In this document: piece by piece, positions 43,401 through 57,100 of the stretch
How positions within the stretch are numbered: the stretch's first letter is position 1
Layout of the letters: each line of letters begins with the position of its first letter
DNA from: Oopsacas minuta
Lineage: Eukaryota > Animalia > Porifera
Length of the DNA: 64,000 bases
NCBI GenBank assembly: GCA_024704765.1
Contig: JAKMXF010000011.1
Span: 603,557 to 667,556, forward strand
Direction of reading: 5' to 3'
Program-made: the position numbers and the translations under genes
Notes under the pieces: model-generated
Told to the model about the DNA's origin: nothing
Databases searched by the model: none
The model's input: only the letters and a program-made list of their open reading frames with translations

Positions 43401-46400
43401 ACAAAACAGATACCTGTTAAACATTATTTCTGTGTTGTCATGGAAATTATGAAAGGTGGCGATCTATATGACGTCATTTCGCGAAGAAGGAAACTGAATG
43501 AAGAGCAAGCGGCTCATTTCGCGAAACAGATTGCGATAGGCTTATGTGATATCCATGAAAGAGGAGTAGCACATCGTGACATAAAACCAGAGAACATTTT
43601 GTTTCAATCTCCTTTTCAAGAAGATGCCCAATTGAATACGATTAAAATAACAGATTTTGGGTTCGCAAAAGAACAGGAAAGAGGTCTTTCAAGCCCTGTA
43701 TACACTTTATACTATGTATCACCAGATCTTCTATTTGCAACTAACTCTGATTTGAAATGCAAAAATCTTTCGACCTATGATAAACGGTGTGATTTATGGT
43801 CACTTGGTGTTATCATATACATCATGGTAATGGGATATCCTCCTTTCTACCCCGAGCCAGGGTACAACCAGAGACTCACTTCGAATATGCGTGATTGTAT
43901 TTTGAATGGTAAAATAATGTTCCATAATCAATCGGAGTGGAAATCTATCTCTGATAATGCTCAAGATGTTATTAAGGGTTTGCTGACAGTTGATCCAGAT
44001 AGGAGAATGTCTTTGGATTCGTTATTAGCTCACCCTTGGTTTAATTAATATTATTTTATCATTTGCATTGAAAGAATATTATTGCATGTTGAGCACATGA
44101 AATACAATCGTAATTGATCTGATTTCCTAGGCTTTCACGACGAACATTATATGTTAATATTTAATTAATTAATTGAATAGTCTATTGTTGAGTTTTCTCA
44201 TTCGAATACTTGAATAATCTTGCTGACTACATCATTTAGTTAAGGTAAAAAGACGACGGTATTGTAGACAAAATTAATATATCATTAATGGCAATGACGT
44301 TGAGTATGTAGTCATTATATTTCCTTTCCTGAATACTTACGAATAGGCGAATATACAATACTTGGCTGGGTAAATATAAATACATAATATTATGTGGCCT
44401 TTTGCGGTTGATTTCTTAGAATCGATAATTCTTACTATCTTACTTTTTTCAATGTATATTTATTATACATTAATAATAGCTAAGTTGTTTAATCGTCTTT
44501 CTATGATGACGTATTATGTCTAATACGTATTATACGTTCAATATACAATTTTTGGTGACGTAACTTCTAGTGGGCTGATTTCTGCAATAAATATTTTGCA
44601 TCAAAATAGTAGTTCTCGAATTATTAATGAGAAATCTCGGCATAGTTAACCAAATTATATATACTTGATAATTATGTGACTTATACAAGTCTGACAGTGT
44701 CAAATCTCATATAACCTACATGTATAATACGTTAAAATTGATAACGTATGTATAACGTATTATACAACTTAGAATAATAATGAGTAATGTAGTTGATTTG
44801 CTTTTTCTCTATTAAATGAGATTTGTTCTTTTATTGTTTATTGTTCATTAATACCATCAATTCATTCATGAATACTTTAAAATAAGTACTGAGATCAATA
44901 CTGTGGCACAGTAAAAAGCTTTGTAAACATTTCGATCATTTTATATAACTCCATATTGATAATTTGTTGTCATTGTTCCTACTTATCTATCATATAATTA
45001 ATTTTGAATGTTGTACAATATATATTTCCTCCTATAAACTGGCTAGATATCAAACTGAGTATTTTGCCAAAAAACGGTTAGTCAGTTACGATGATTCTTG
45101 ATCAGAGACTGTTTTTGATAACGTCCATTCTCCTATAATCATCTATTTTCTATTAGAATTTCTGAGCGAAATTAAAGAAAACCCCCTTCTGAGTAATAAT
45201 AGTACTTTGTATAACATTTATTTGAATTTTGCTAATTCGTCGTTTTAATTGTCTTGTGCAATATTTTTCACTAATCACTTGACAGATTGTGTAATGTATA
45301 CTGATTAGAAGAAGGACACTCTTACAAAGAATATAGTTATCACTTTGTATAATCTTCACATTAGGTAATATTATCTACGCATGAACGAGGATGCATTTAT
45401 GGATCGTAAATAATACATTATTATTTTGATTGTTGTGTACACCTATTCTGTTTATACTATTGATAAAATTGATTGCATAATTAGCCAATTTGAATTACTA
45501 TATGAATTTTGCTATTTTTATCAAGTTACACTGCCTTTAATTAGCCATTTTTTTGATTAATTAATATTTTCCAGGCAGCAATTCACAAAAGCGAAACTTA
45601 AACTGATAGAATATGAATCTGATAAACAAGCTAAAGATGAGGAACGTCAACAGCTGTTAGCTACAACAGAACTACAGGGATGGTTATACAAGAGAGGAGT
45701 GAGAGGGGTGACTGGCAAGAAGTGGAGACGGAGATACTTCCATATGGGACAGGGTTTTAAACTGTATTACTATAAAACCTCTTCAATGCAGTTACCTCAA
45801 GGATATATTGATCTAGAGAAGGTCAGTTGATTTGTATATAGGTTTGTGAATAAATAACAGTCCACTGATAATTTTTGTAACAGTTTTTGTTTTACCTGCT
45901 AGATATGAGGATCTGTGAGAATCTCACGGTGCGTATTGTGGGTACTGTACCTCATTAACGAGTGTCGATACTTTTATGTTTATAGGTGCCGTCGGCTCCA
46001 ATTTATCGGACGGCTGGTACACTGAAATTTTGCTATGAACAGATTCTTGTCTTACCTCAAAGTTCCTATTAATCTTAAAACATTATCTTTGATTAATCAT
46101 GGTCAGCTGTTTAAATGTGTACAAATGTCTTATTTGCTATTCCTCTCATATTTAGGTAAAGAAGGTAGAGCCTCAATCTCCAGATAAACAGGATAAAAAT
46201 AATGCTTCTTTCACCATAGAAGTAGAAGGTCGGGTATTTGAATTGTTATCTGTTGACGTTAGTATGAGAGACCAGTGGATAAATGCTGTTAACTTCTTAG
46301 TAGAATACCGTAGTAGGTATAAAGTTGATATTCGTACTCTATCTGACACAAGAACTAGTTCTACTGGGGATAAGGCCGTTACCTCATCGGACGCTGATGA

Positions 46401-46425
46401 AAATCGAGTTCCTGGAAAGTCTTAA
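37437..46425 (+). CDS. 8-exon protein (~842 aa): EHBP1-type NT-C2, nucleoredoxin-like thioredoxin fold, coiled coil, PH domain
   Basis: Exons 37437-37880, 38194-38386, 38475-38795, 39203-39560, 39872-40379, 41077-41264, 45575-45821, 46156-46425. All junctions are GT-AG with matching phases, total 2529 nt with no internal stop. NT-C2: YKF..TYH..W.RG..TLYK..F.EKDYKFV. Trx: VIGLFFAANSSPQC..FELLFVSCD..STIPEVI. PH: LQGWLYKRG..KKWRRRYF..GYIDL..DQWINAV. Confidence 0.75.
43107..44048 (+). CDS. MAPKAPK5: MAPKAPK5 (MK5/PRAK)-like Ser/Thr kinase, intronless, ends right after the kinase domain, nested in an intron
   Basis: YEIKWNQVLGSG, ALK, HRDIKPEN, DFGFAK, YTLYYVSP, CDLWSLGVIIYIM..GYPPFY, HPWFN*. Closest in pattern to MK5 (YNINWTQKLG..DFGFAK..YYVAP..HPWLN). 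Confidence 0.85.
   Translation: MSLQLDMSSLNLGCNSVDIKNSDITEKYEIKWNQVLGSGLNGDVYRCIDKTTSEEYALKFLSNSDSSRMEIHLHGECQSSKHIVGIIDTYYCQLTAPITKQIPVKHYFCVVMEIMKGGDLYDVISRRRKLNEEQAAHFAKQIAIGLCDIHERGVAHRDIKPENILFQSPFQEDAQLNTIKITDFGFAKEQERGLSSPVYTLYYVSPDLLFATNSDLKCKNLSTYDKRCDLWSLGVIIYIMVMGYPPFYPEPGYNQRLTSNMRDCILNGKIMFHNQSEWKSISDNAQDVIKGLLTVDPDRRMSLDSLLAHPWFN
44527..44765. repeat. Dispersed ~245-bp repeat, copy 2
   Basis: Homologous to 5720-5965. Confidence 0.65.
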
Positions 46426-48118
46426 GTTGTGAAAATTTTGATTGTACATATTTTGTAATTATTTAGACCTAGAAGTATTCAAAATATATTTGTTTCAATA
46501 ATTACTTTAGGTTTGGCATTCCTTTGATCTGTATATATGTATTTTTGATGAACTATTTATTTCAACTCTATTGATATTAATTTTACCATTCATTTTTACA
46601 GTCGTATAAAACATGGAATATTAATATCCACAAAAATCGATTATATATATCGCGTTATTTATTTTTACATATAACTTTTGGCTATTTTGGCGTTTTTACT
46701 AAACTGCCATGTTCATTGACATAGCTTCCCGTAGCCTTTGGTTGCCCTTTGGCACGCGGCTAAACTTATTACGGAATATTATACTTGTACAGTTGTACTT
46801 ACCGATCCTCCTGGTATCCCTAGATGATACCAAGATTTCACCAATTATCCAGAGGAAATTCCTGGGATGTTTTTCCATATTTTGCTATATTTGTGGATAT
46901 TTACGAGTGGAATAGGTGCAATATCGTGAAACCTCGGGAAATTTGTAAAAGCAGTTGGTAAGTATGTCTTCGTACTATATTTCTGGGCATCTGGATAAAC
47001 GATTATTCGAGGTAGAAGCATACTTGTTTATCAATATTTAATTGCTAAGTATATTAACGTCATTCAAATGTTAAGAGGTAAGACACAGTCTTAATTCTCT
47101 TACTTTTTATGATTAGCTTAGGTTAAAACACATCACCTGCTTCCTCTATTTTATCTATTCAAATTACGTTAGCAAATTTTACCGCAATTATAATGGGTTA
47201 ACAACGAAGCATGATTATGTGTGTCTAGTGACTGTTGTGTAATTTGCATAGTATAGCTGTTTGTCAGAAATATTAATCCTCCTCCTATACTTTATGATAC
47301 TTACCAACCCTTTGAAACCATTTCCTTGGCTATATTTCTCGAATTTTCTGGATTTTCAAAAGATTCAACAGATTTATAAATTTCTATGCAAAACTATGAA
47401 TTGTTCACTCTTTTATAAGAAAAAATTCAGAAATATCCAATATTTTCCCTGGATGGTTGGTAAGTATGCATTATCCATTAATATCAGCATGACGTCATGA
47501 CATCCTGTTTATGACCATAATGATAATTTTCTATATTTAGTATTAGAGACTATACTAAAATGATTTTAAGTATGTCGGGGAGATTTGCTTTCCAAATTAT
47601 GGAATATTATTTTCCTGACTGATAATATTGTGAATAAATACTTTGCCAAAGTTAATTGTTTTGGCGAGAGTCTTTGGGAGGACAATGACCTACATACACT
47701 GGTACATATGACTCTCATTGTCTTAAACTTTCCCTAATCAATACTGCTATTTGCTTTAGGACATGCTGTATATTTTAGTTTACCTAAAATACAGCATGTC
47801 TATTTAAATAATCTTTGTTAAACAGACATAATAAGATAGATAATTAGATTATGAAATAATTTTCGGTTATTAACAATGAATAGAATTTATCCTACGGTTT
47901 TTGCTAATTAATACAAACAGATTACAATTCAGGTAGGTGTACTATTCTAAAATCTAAACCCAAGAGTAAGAGGAATCATCCATATAGGACAAGGATCAAA
48001 TTTGAAATTTTTCGGTGAATTGTGACTGTGTGGATTATGTGAATATGAATTATCATAGAATAAAGTTCGGAGGATTTTCACAACTATTTGTATTTGTAAT
48101 TAGGCTAAATACCACTAA

Positions 48119-51100
48119 ATGGAAGGTAACTATGGAAAGCTAGAATTATCCTGGCAATCAGGTCCCTTACCAACTCACAACACACAGCTAAGCTATCTGA
48201 CAGATGAATCTATCTTATACAATGCTGGAATCAATTTAAACCTTCTGGACGTATCTACAGGTACTACCAACCAGTTTGGTATAAGTACCCGCACTGTATC
48301 CTGTATAGCCGTGTACAGGTGTAATCAGTGGGTAGCACAAGCACAGCTTTCTGTAGACTCAGATGTAATTCTGTTAAATGAACGAGGTGACGTCAAAGGG
48401 AAGTTTGAAACTGGAGCTAGACTTGAGTATTCTGCATTAGCATTCTCTCATGATGGAAAGTATGACATTACATAAATATGTGATAATAATGTTGCAATAG
48501 GCAATTCGATTGAAGCTATGTGATTTAATTGATGGAATACTTCAATAAAATTTATTACGCCAAATAGTACAGTGGTGTTCACCTATTAGCAATATTTGGC
48601 AATTTTTTTTTCAGGGACTTAGGGTCCATTTTGTATTGGAAATAATTCTTCTGATAGCAAGTAGGAAGGGAAATTCTTACGAAATACGAATTGCTAATGG
48701 GCCAACTCCAATGTAGTTTCATTGCACCTAATTTTGGTAACAAGAATATTTAACCGAAAATACTTGGTTTCAAATCATAATTTAGTGCAGAATGTTGCAA
48801 ATCTGATATTTATAATTTGTATTGACAAGTTTTACCATGTTGCTTGGTCGAAATTTTATTCAATCAATTCTAATATTACGTATTTTCTGAAGTTTTGCAG
48901 AAAGCATAATTCGTCAAATGTTTATGGTCGAAGAGAATATTCGCCGAACAGAAATTATTAGACCAAAAACCTTTGACGAAACTTCCGGTTCCACGAATTC
49001 TAATACGAACTTTCTCTGATAGATACATCGCTGGAGCATCAGGAGTACCAGAATTCAAACTATACATATGGGATATTAGTAATTACAAGCTAGTATGTAG
49101 TACGGAGATAGGACCTGATAAGAGAGTTAAAGAAATAGAATTTGATCCTCAAAATAATTCTAGATTATCAGCAATTACAGATGAGGGAGATTTCTTTCTT
49201 TATAAAATTGAAAAGTGTGGTTCTCTCTTATCAGAACTTTCTAGAATTGAGATAGGTGAGAATCGTGTTCTGTTAGTGTATACCAATATATGTAGATATT
49301 GATTAGTATATCCAGTCAACCTGCAACATCCGTCGAAGTCTCTCATTCGACCAAAATTATTTCTGTTGAAAGCCCTTCCCATACCGAATCTGTTCGCTAT
49401 TTCGGTGATTAGTTTTTGTCTCCAGAGATCGAATTTATGGATTTTGACCCTATTTGTGTTTCTGCAACATCCGAACAGAGCATCATCAAACAGATTGTTA
49501 TGCTAAATCATGGCTCAAGATGTGAAAATTCATATTATTCAGCATACAGGAGTTTATAATATTAGTCGAACAAATGACAAGCTCATGATTTCGAACAGAT
49601 GACGTGCCAATTCGAACAAATACAGCGGCCCCACAAATACATGTCCATTCTTAATAATTGACGTACTAGACACAAACTCTGTAGTATCTATCGCTAAATT
49701 TGTATGTACATTAAAACATAAATAACTAAGCACTAATATTAACTGAATAATATATGATATTATTTCTGTATTACAATTCTAGAACTACCTGATAAAGACT
49801 GTCGTATCGGGTATGAGAAGGACCCTATAACCAGTCAGCTGTCTAGACCTGATGTAGATGCTACTCTACACAATCCTTTGTTATCAGATTTAGAGTTCTA
49901 TCCTTATAAAGTAGATCCTTCTCTATTAGAATCTGCTGGGAAGAGTAATGTTATTGCACAAGGATGGGGATTGAATAGTCAGGTAATGTACACGAATACG
50001 TATTGTTGTTTTGTTATTAAGTTTATAGGTTATTTGTGTAATATTCACTTTGTTAATTTTACATTTTTAACAGCTATACCTCCTGACTACAGAAGCAATA
50101 TTCTCAATAGACGGAGATAAAGGTAAACTAACTATACTCTATCGTCTATCAGAACCATCCTATATACCTCCACATACAGCTCAATCTCACAGAGACTCAC
50201 AACGTGTAGCATTCCCAGAAAAAGAAGATGACCTCATTGAACAAACTGATATGATTAGTGTATCAGATAGATTACTAACCAATCCATTGTGTATGGCTAT
50301 AACTAGTCAAGGATTTGTACTGGGTTATGATGATGGTATGATAAGGATATTAGATGATAAGAATCAATTTGTAGTTAAGGGAGAAATTAATTTAGATGGC
50401 ATACCTGTGTGTTTTATATTTCCTCCCAGTTTCACCAGTTTAACAGTTGTAACAGATTCTGGTGGATTATACTCACTTGATATATTGCCGCAGAGAGAAC
50501 CTGTAGCACACAAGCTTAATACTGTTAATAGGTAATTCATTGAATTGTATAAATTAGATATTTGATATATGATCACTAACATCGTATTCTCCTCTAGACA
50601 ACCATCGCTTAGTAATATATCTACAGTAGCGTTATCACAAGATAGAGAAGTTGTTATTACAGCTAATGCAGATGGAGTGATATTAGCATGGGAGGGAATA
50701 GATGGACAGTTAATCTCTAGTATTGTTACGGAAGATGGATGTACTACATTTGTAGGTCTTAAATCTGCTCCTGTAGTAGTTACAGGTAGTCCTCCTTATA
50801 CTGGGTTACTATTAGAATATGACTTTTGTCTGAAATTAGAGATTTTACGAATTTCAAACTTTTACAAGTTATGTATATACATATATGGTCCTATGCTTTC
50901 AATGTAAGATAAGTTCATTGGTTATATCGATTTCTCCTTTTTGTCTAAGTAATTATAGCGGTCCCTTGAGCTTCGATGTAACTGGAGTTGACTGTGTGTC
51001 GAGAACCTGTAATATAAACGATCGATCAAAATCACATACAAGTAAGAGGACAAAAGTATTCGACCACTTACCGTGATTTATACTAAGTATATCAAACTAA

Positions 51101-54100
51101 ATCCGATTATTCTGGCGTATAAAATATTTATTAGTTATAAGGCAGAGAATAAACGTGAACCAGATTCATTTATGTAGATTGACGGATATCGATGTACAAG
51201 GATATCTTAGTTACATGGACGAATAAGAATATAACAAAATATTTGTAACTCTGAAATGGTCGAATTCTTTTGTCCATTAACTGTTTATTGTACATAACTA
51301 TTATATATTCCAATCACTAGGTACCTCATCTGGGTATGTGTGTGTATTCGACCTTACAGAGCCTGTAAAACCTAAACTAATACAAACTAAACGATTACAT
51401 AAAGATTGTATAACAGAGTTATCAACAGATATATACTCACAAGTAATTATATCATGCAGTAGTGATTGTAATATGTTCATAATGGATGCGAGAGTAAGTT
51501 CAGATCTCAATATACTCTGTAGTCTATCTCTACACTATACGGTTAGTTGGTTTTTGCATTATTTGGGTTTTCGTGATGTAATTAGCGTATAGAATTCCCT
51601 AATTGTTGTTTCTCATAAGATTATTATATTGTTAGACCATGGATACGAGCATAGTGTGGAGCCCATATGCATGATTACTAGCTGGAAGAAGTGACGAAGT
51701 TTCTGATACATACTCATTTTAATTATTATTGTATTTCCTGACACATGCACTGTATATTATGCGATTAAATGTTGATATAATCCCGAATTCTACAAATTCC
51801 GTACAATTGAATTAGCATTCAAATGAGGGATTATTTGTGAGATTTTTCGCATAATAGTTTTGAATATTTATGCAAAACGTTCAGTATAGGCATTCCTGAT
51901 TTGATTCTAAAATCTAAACGTTCTACATATACGTATCTGTTCTTTTTTGTGTGATTGTTTGATTTATGACGAAGTGTTTTATGCTACATGGTTAATCTTT
52001 TTGGCACAGTTTGGATTGAACTTGTTTCAGCTCCACCATCCAATCTTATACAGAATATCACTCTATTTTTCTATGTTCTTGGACTTAAATTATGTTGTTT
52101 GTATTCAATCAGTCGATCACTTTGGAAGTCTATTATGCCGGCTTATTTCCAATTGCACAATACATCTATAGAAAGCAATTGAATCATTAATTTAATACTA
52201 TCCACCATTTTCTGTTCTCTGTAATTATACAAAACATGTTTCTTACACAGATTGAATACTTATACAAAATTAATATTATGTTAGTTGCTTGTACTGGCTA
52301 AGTTTATTCTCTAAGGTTCTAGCATGGCTGCTCTTTGCTCTTTGCTCTTTGCTTTTTGTTGAGGTTAAGGATTAATACAGGATAAAACCTAATTATGGAT
52401 ATGGTAGATATATCAAGTTATATTGCAATATGTACAACAGTTATCTTATAACTACTGCAAGGTATAGCATACTTGTTTAGATAGCTATTGGGAAATTTGT
52501 AATCGTATTATATTCCAAAGGTAGTAATTTCTGAACGAAATATACGAATAGACAGTAGATACTCGTTAATACGATATTTGGTGACGTGAATCATGAGATT
52601 GCTGGGATATCTGTGTATAGGTCAAATGAATCCGATGATAAATTGTTTTCACTGACTCTCTGTAGATGTGGTGGACAGCATTTGATTCTCACTATCTCAT
52701 TATTTAAGCCTAGGATAGCCAAGATCACAATAAATGATTCTTAAATATCATAATGTGTGGAATATATGTGAGAACGTCTGAATGAAATTGATAATACTGA
52801 TGAAGTCATTTCATATCTTGCTACTCAATTACGCTGATTGATGACAAAATTGTAGCAATATTACCAATTAGCTTTGTGCTATAATAAGTTTAAAATGCCA
52901 TTCCTTATTGGAACATTTCCATTTTCCAATACTATTGTCTCATTTTACATATACTTAGTTGGCTAAATAGACATATGACATTTGAGTACCAACATATGAT
53001 CACGGTATTGAATTATTATACCCAATTATTTATATATTATTCAATGGCACAATATAATCAGGAGCCAAGTAAACTATTCATACATTCCTGGTGGGCATCA
53101 GGTTGCTACGGTAAACCAGGGCTAATTGGATATATATATATAAATACACAGAGTCAGTGTATTATAAGATACGTTGCTGTTAGAATTAGTTTGAGAAACA
53201 TGAGTAATTCATCTAGCAAACGATCTAAAGTTTTGACACGTTTAGAAACGGTTGAAGAAGTCGGGAGTGTCATGTCAGATTTGCCGAATAGCAACACATA
53301 CAATCTTGATAATGATCAGCTGATGCGAGATAGCATCAATATTAGTTTACAAAAAGATATCCGTAAACGTAAACTCAATCCTCTTTCAGTTGAAGAAACA
53401 GATACTACAAATGTTTCTACTCAAGCATGGAGAGAAAAGCTCCAGAAATCTCTACGTAGTCTTCGTTTCCACGCGCTTGTAACTGTACTTGTGTTGCTTG
53501 ATGTGTTCCTTGTTTTGGTTGATCTTATCTTAAATGGAGACATTATTCATGGCGAATGTTTAAAAGACGACGATTGTTCTGTGAGTCAATGCTCGAAAGA
53601 CTTAATTGAAAATTGTCCCTGTCCAATTAACATCACGATTTCACCAAGCAATTCAAGTAATTCGATTTGTAGGTTAGTTGGGTTTAAACGTGAGTGTGTA
53701 AGTATTGAAGATACTTCAGTACCTGTTATACTTATTCTAAATGGTATTTCACTGTTTATTTTATTTATTTTCATTCTTGAAATCGTGTTGAAGTTAGTCG
53801 CATTTCGATTGAGGTTTTTCAAAAAGTTTTTCGAGGTTTTTGACGCGGTTATTGTCATAACATCATTTATTATGGAGTTTGTGAAGTATGTGTTTTCACT
53901 GGAGCAACATTTATCACATTCTAACAATAATGCTGATTCTATAGAAAAACTACAGTTCTTTGATTTATTAATTGCATTTCGTCTCTGGCGTGTTGTACGT
54001 ATAATTACTGGAGCATTAGCAAGCTATAACACAGCCAAAACACAACGACATAAGACAGAAGTCCACAAAATTGTGCTGACAGAGAACAAACGCTATACTG

Positions 54101-57100
54101 AACTGTTTAATGAGTATGAATACGCGAGCGATGAGATATTACGTCTTAGAAAATTATTAATCAATATGAAAGCGAATCCATTTCCTGCTGGATATCAATT
54201 GACATTATTTGAGGTACAAGATCTAGGAATTGAGTCAAGTAATTATGATTTAGTCGAGAGGAGGAGCTCTTTATACAATGAGACTACTATTTAATTTGTC
54301 CCTTGCATAATTATATTATCGTTTTGTATCACATTTTTGGTGTATAAGTCTTTCTTAAAATATGCTCATGTCCAAGTTATTAACTCCTATCGTGAAATTT
54401 TAAAGTTTCTAATGACGGGCAGCATTTGACTGCCTGCCAACATTGAATAGATATACCATTCAAATGCAAATATATTATATATTTCCCGATTTATCGCCTA
54501 TTCCAATAATGGCTTACTATGCTATCGCATTACATATCCCATAATAATTTGGATAAGTTATTAATTAGTAAGCTGCAACGAATAGAAAACCTTCAATTAT
54601 AGCATGCCTGCTACAATGCCATTATTTCACGTTTCATCAAATCTACACAGTACACATATACATGTAATCCTCGTTTTATCTACCGTAATGATTCTCATTT
54701 CGTTAGTAGTTACATAATTTATCATGGGTGAGTCGAAATTCATACTCCGTATCCAAGCTAATCCCTTACCCGGTTAAACAGCATTTGTTGAAAATCATTG
54801 GATGTTTTAAAACTGATAACTTCCTATGTGCTACAGCGTAAAGAATCAGAACCCTAACGTTCTGTACCAATTTCCCACAGAAATTTCGAATTTTGGATAT
54901 TAAAAAATCCTAAAAATTTGCGACGATGCCAGTATTGAGTTTACTATGTTAGGGAGAGAATTCATTGATAGGTTTTAACAGTACAATATAGCCCCATTCC
55001 GGATATAAGAACATTACGTTTACATATATGCTATTCCTGATGATACTCTTATAACCGGCATCTACTGTACTGTACTAAAATGTCTTTTTATGTGACTACA
55101 TTTAGGTATCTTGTGTCTCAGTATACACACCTAGCCATAAAGAAACTCTACATATTGCATCGTTAGGAAATGATAATGACGTCATAACATTCCAATTCAA
55201 CCCAATTTGGGCTGAAGAAGCAGACTTAAGTTACTACAGCGACCCGAGCACTAAACAATTGAACCGTGATAAGTGTAACTATCTTGTTAGTAAAATTACA
55301 ACTGTCCTATCTGGTTTGTGTATCACTGGGCCTAGTTTGTTATACAGTGTGAGTAGAGTTAGTGGGGAGTTGTTACGGCTTGTATTGAGTGAGGTAAAAG
55401 GTGAAGAGGGAGAAGTGCGTAAAACCTTTCAGATAGAAGGCCGTTACCCTGGACATATTATAACAGGAGCTCGATTAGATTCGATTGATAACAGTTGTAC
55501 TTGTGTAAGTCCCACACACGAATTGGTAGCCTCAGTATATAGAGATGGACGTGTTAAGTTACGTAGAGTATTAGAACCGGCTGCTGTATGCTTAGAATTC
55601 AATGTAGTACATTATTCACGTGATAATATACTAGCTGTTGTGTTTTCAGATACTGCACAGAGTTTGTATTGTCTATCTAAATGTGGAGGTGGAGTATCTT
55701 GTGTTAAGCTAGATGGGAGTGGTAGTATGATAGGAAGACAGAGAACACAGGCTGCTAATGTTAATAAGAAGATGAGAGATAATTTATTGAGGACTACAAG
55801 AGAAAATGAAGGTAGTTATCTGCAAGCTCAGCATGGCATTGGAGAAATCTCTTACAAAAATGATTCAGGTGAGTTTTTACTCACAGTGGTGTTCGCCAGT
55901 TATAGCAAGTTCGCGTATTAAAAAGGAAATTCTTGCAATATATGACTTGCTAATAGGCGAACTTCACTGTAGTTAATATTGTTTCTACTATATAACGATT
56001 AACTGTTCTAATTGTTGCTCTTATACAATTTGACAATAAGTGTACTATTAAGCTTTCACCTCTCAGTTGAAACCACAAATACACTAATTAAGAGAACTGT
56101 AATAATTTAATAATTCTAACCAAGGAATTGCTTCGGACATCTCTGGCGCCATTCTATGCCAAGTTCATGGACCTTATACAATTTTATTATATTTTCATAT
56201 GAAGTATGATTTCACGCTACTCTGTTAAATGAACTTCTGGAGACCTTTTGTAATTTGTATCGTCAACAATGTTTCAAGATGACTGAGTTTACTAGGGAAC
56301 AGCAAAACAGAATTTTTACTTTTGTGTACTTACAGTCTGGTTTTACACATTTTATTTTGAGATTTTAACGTTCATTAAAATGCCATGTTTTATGCCAAAT
56401 TCATCCAAGTTCATGCCAAAAGTCGGTTGTCCAAACTATATTGTCAAACTACGTTTTTCCTCGAATAATGTATATTTGGTATTAATATTATGACAAAGTA
56501 TAGCATTTATGAATTGTATAACTCCAGAAAAACTTGTAATAATCGTCAGAATTATTTATCATTAATTACATTGTTTTAACAGGTTTGAAAGCTAAGTATA
56601 TAACAATAAAAGAATTGGGACTTAATACTGAATCAGATACCTGGCTAGATGTATGCAATCGTGATAGCGAAGAGAAAGAGAAAGTAATATATACGCTACA
56701 ACGAGAAGAACTTGTGAATGGATTGAATGGATTGAGAGAGACTGTATTACAAATGATTGAGGATAATCAAATTCTTCCTGAAATAGAACAATTGAGTAGA
56801 ACAGATTTTGTATTAGATATTGATAAACAGAGAGAATTGAAACAGAAACAGGAAGATTCTATAAAAGCTAAAGAGAGAGAAATTCACTTGCAGAATTTAG
56901 CTAAACTATTTCTCACAGAACAGCTGAAGGATACCTGTTGGGAAACTATGACGGTAAGTGTATACGGTAAACACTAGTTTTAGGAACAAAATCAGACCAG
57001 GGGGGTCTAGCATGAGAAATTGAACTCACTTTACGGTGGTTTATTCTAAAGTTATTGTTTTCATGTGAACTCTACAATCTGCTTATTTATCCCTGTGTGT

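Noticed and set aside
51494-51499. Alternative CFAP43 donor GTAAGT after DAR
   Set aside because: Same phase and possible, but the residues to 51541 (VSSDLNILC) match the expected CFAP43 continuation, so the later donor was used.
52975-53199. 75-aa upstream extension of the Hv1 ORF
   Set aside because: AT-rich, low-complexity intronic sequence; ATG 53200 gives a more typical N-terminus.
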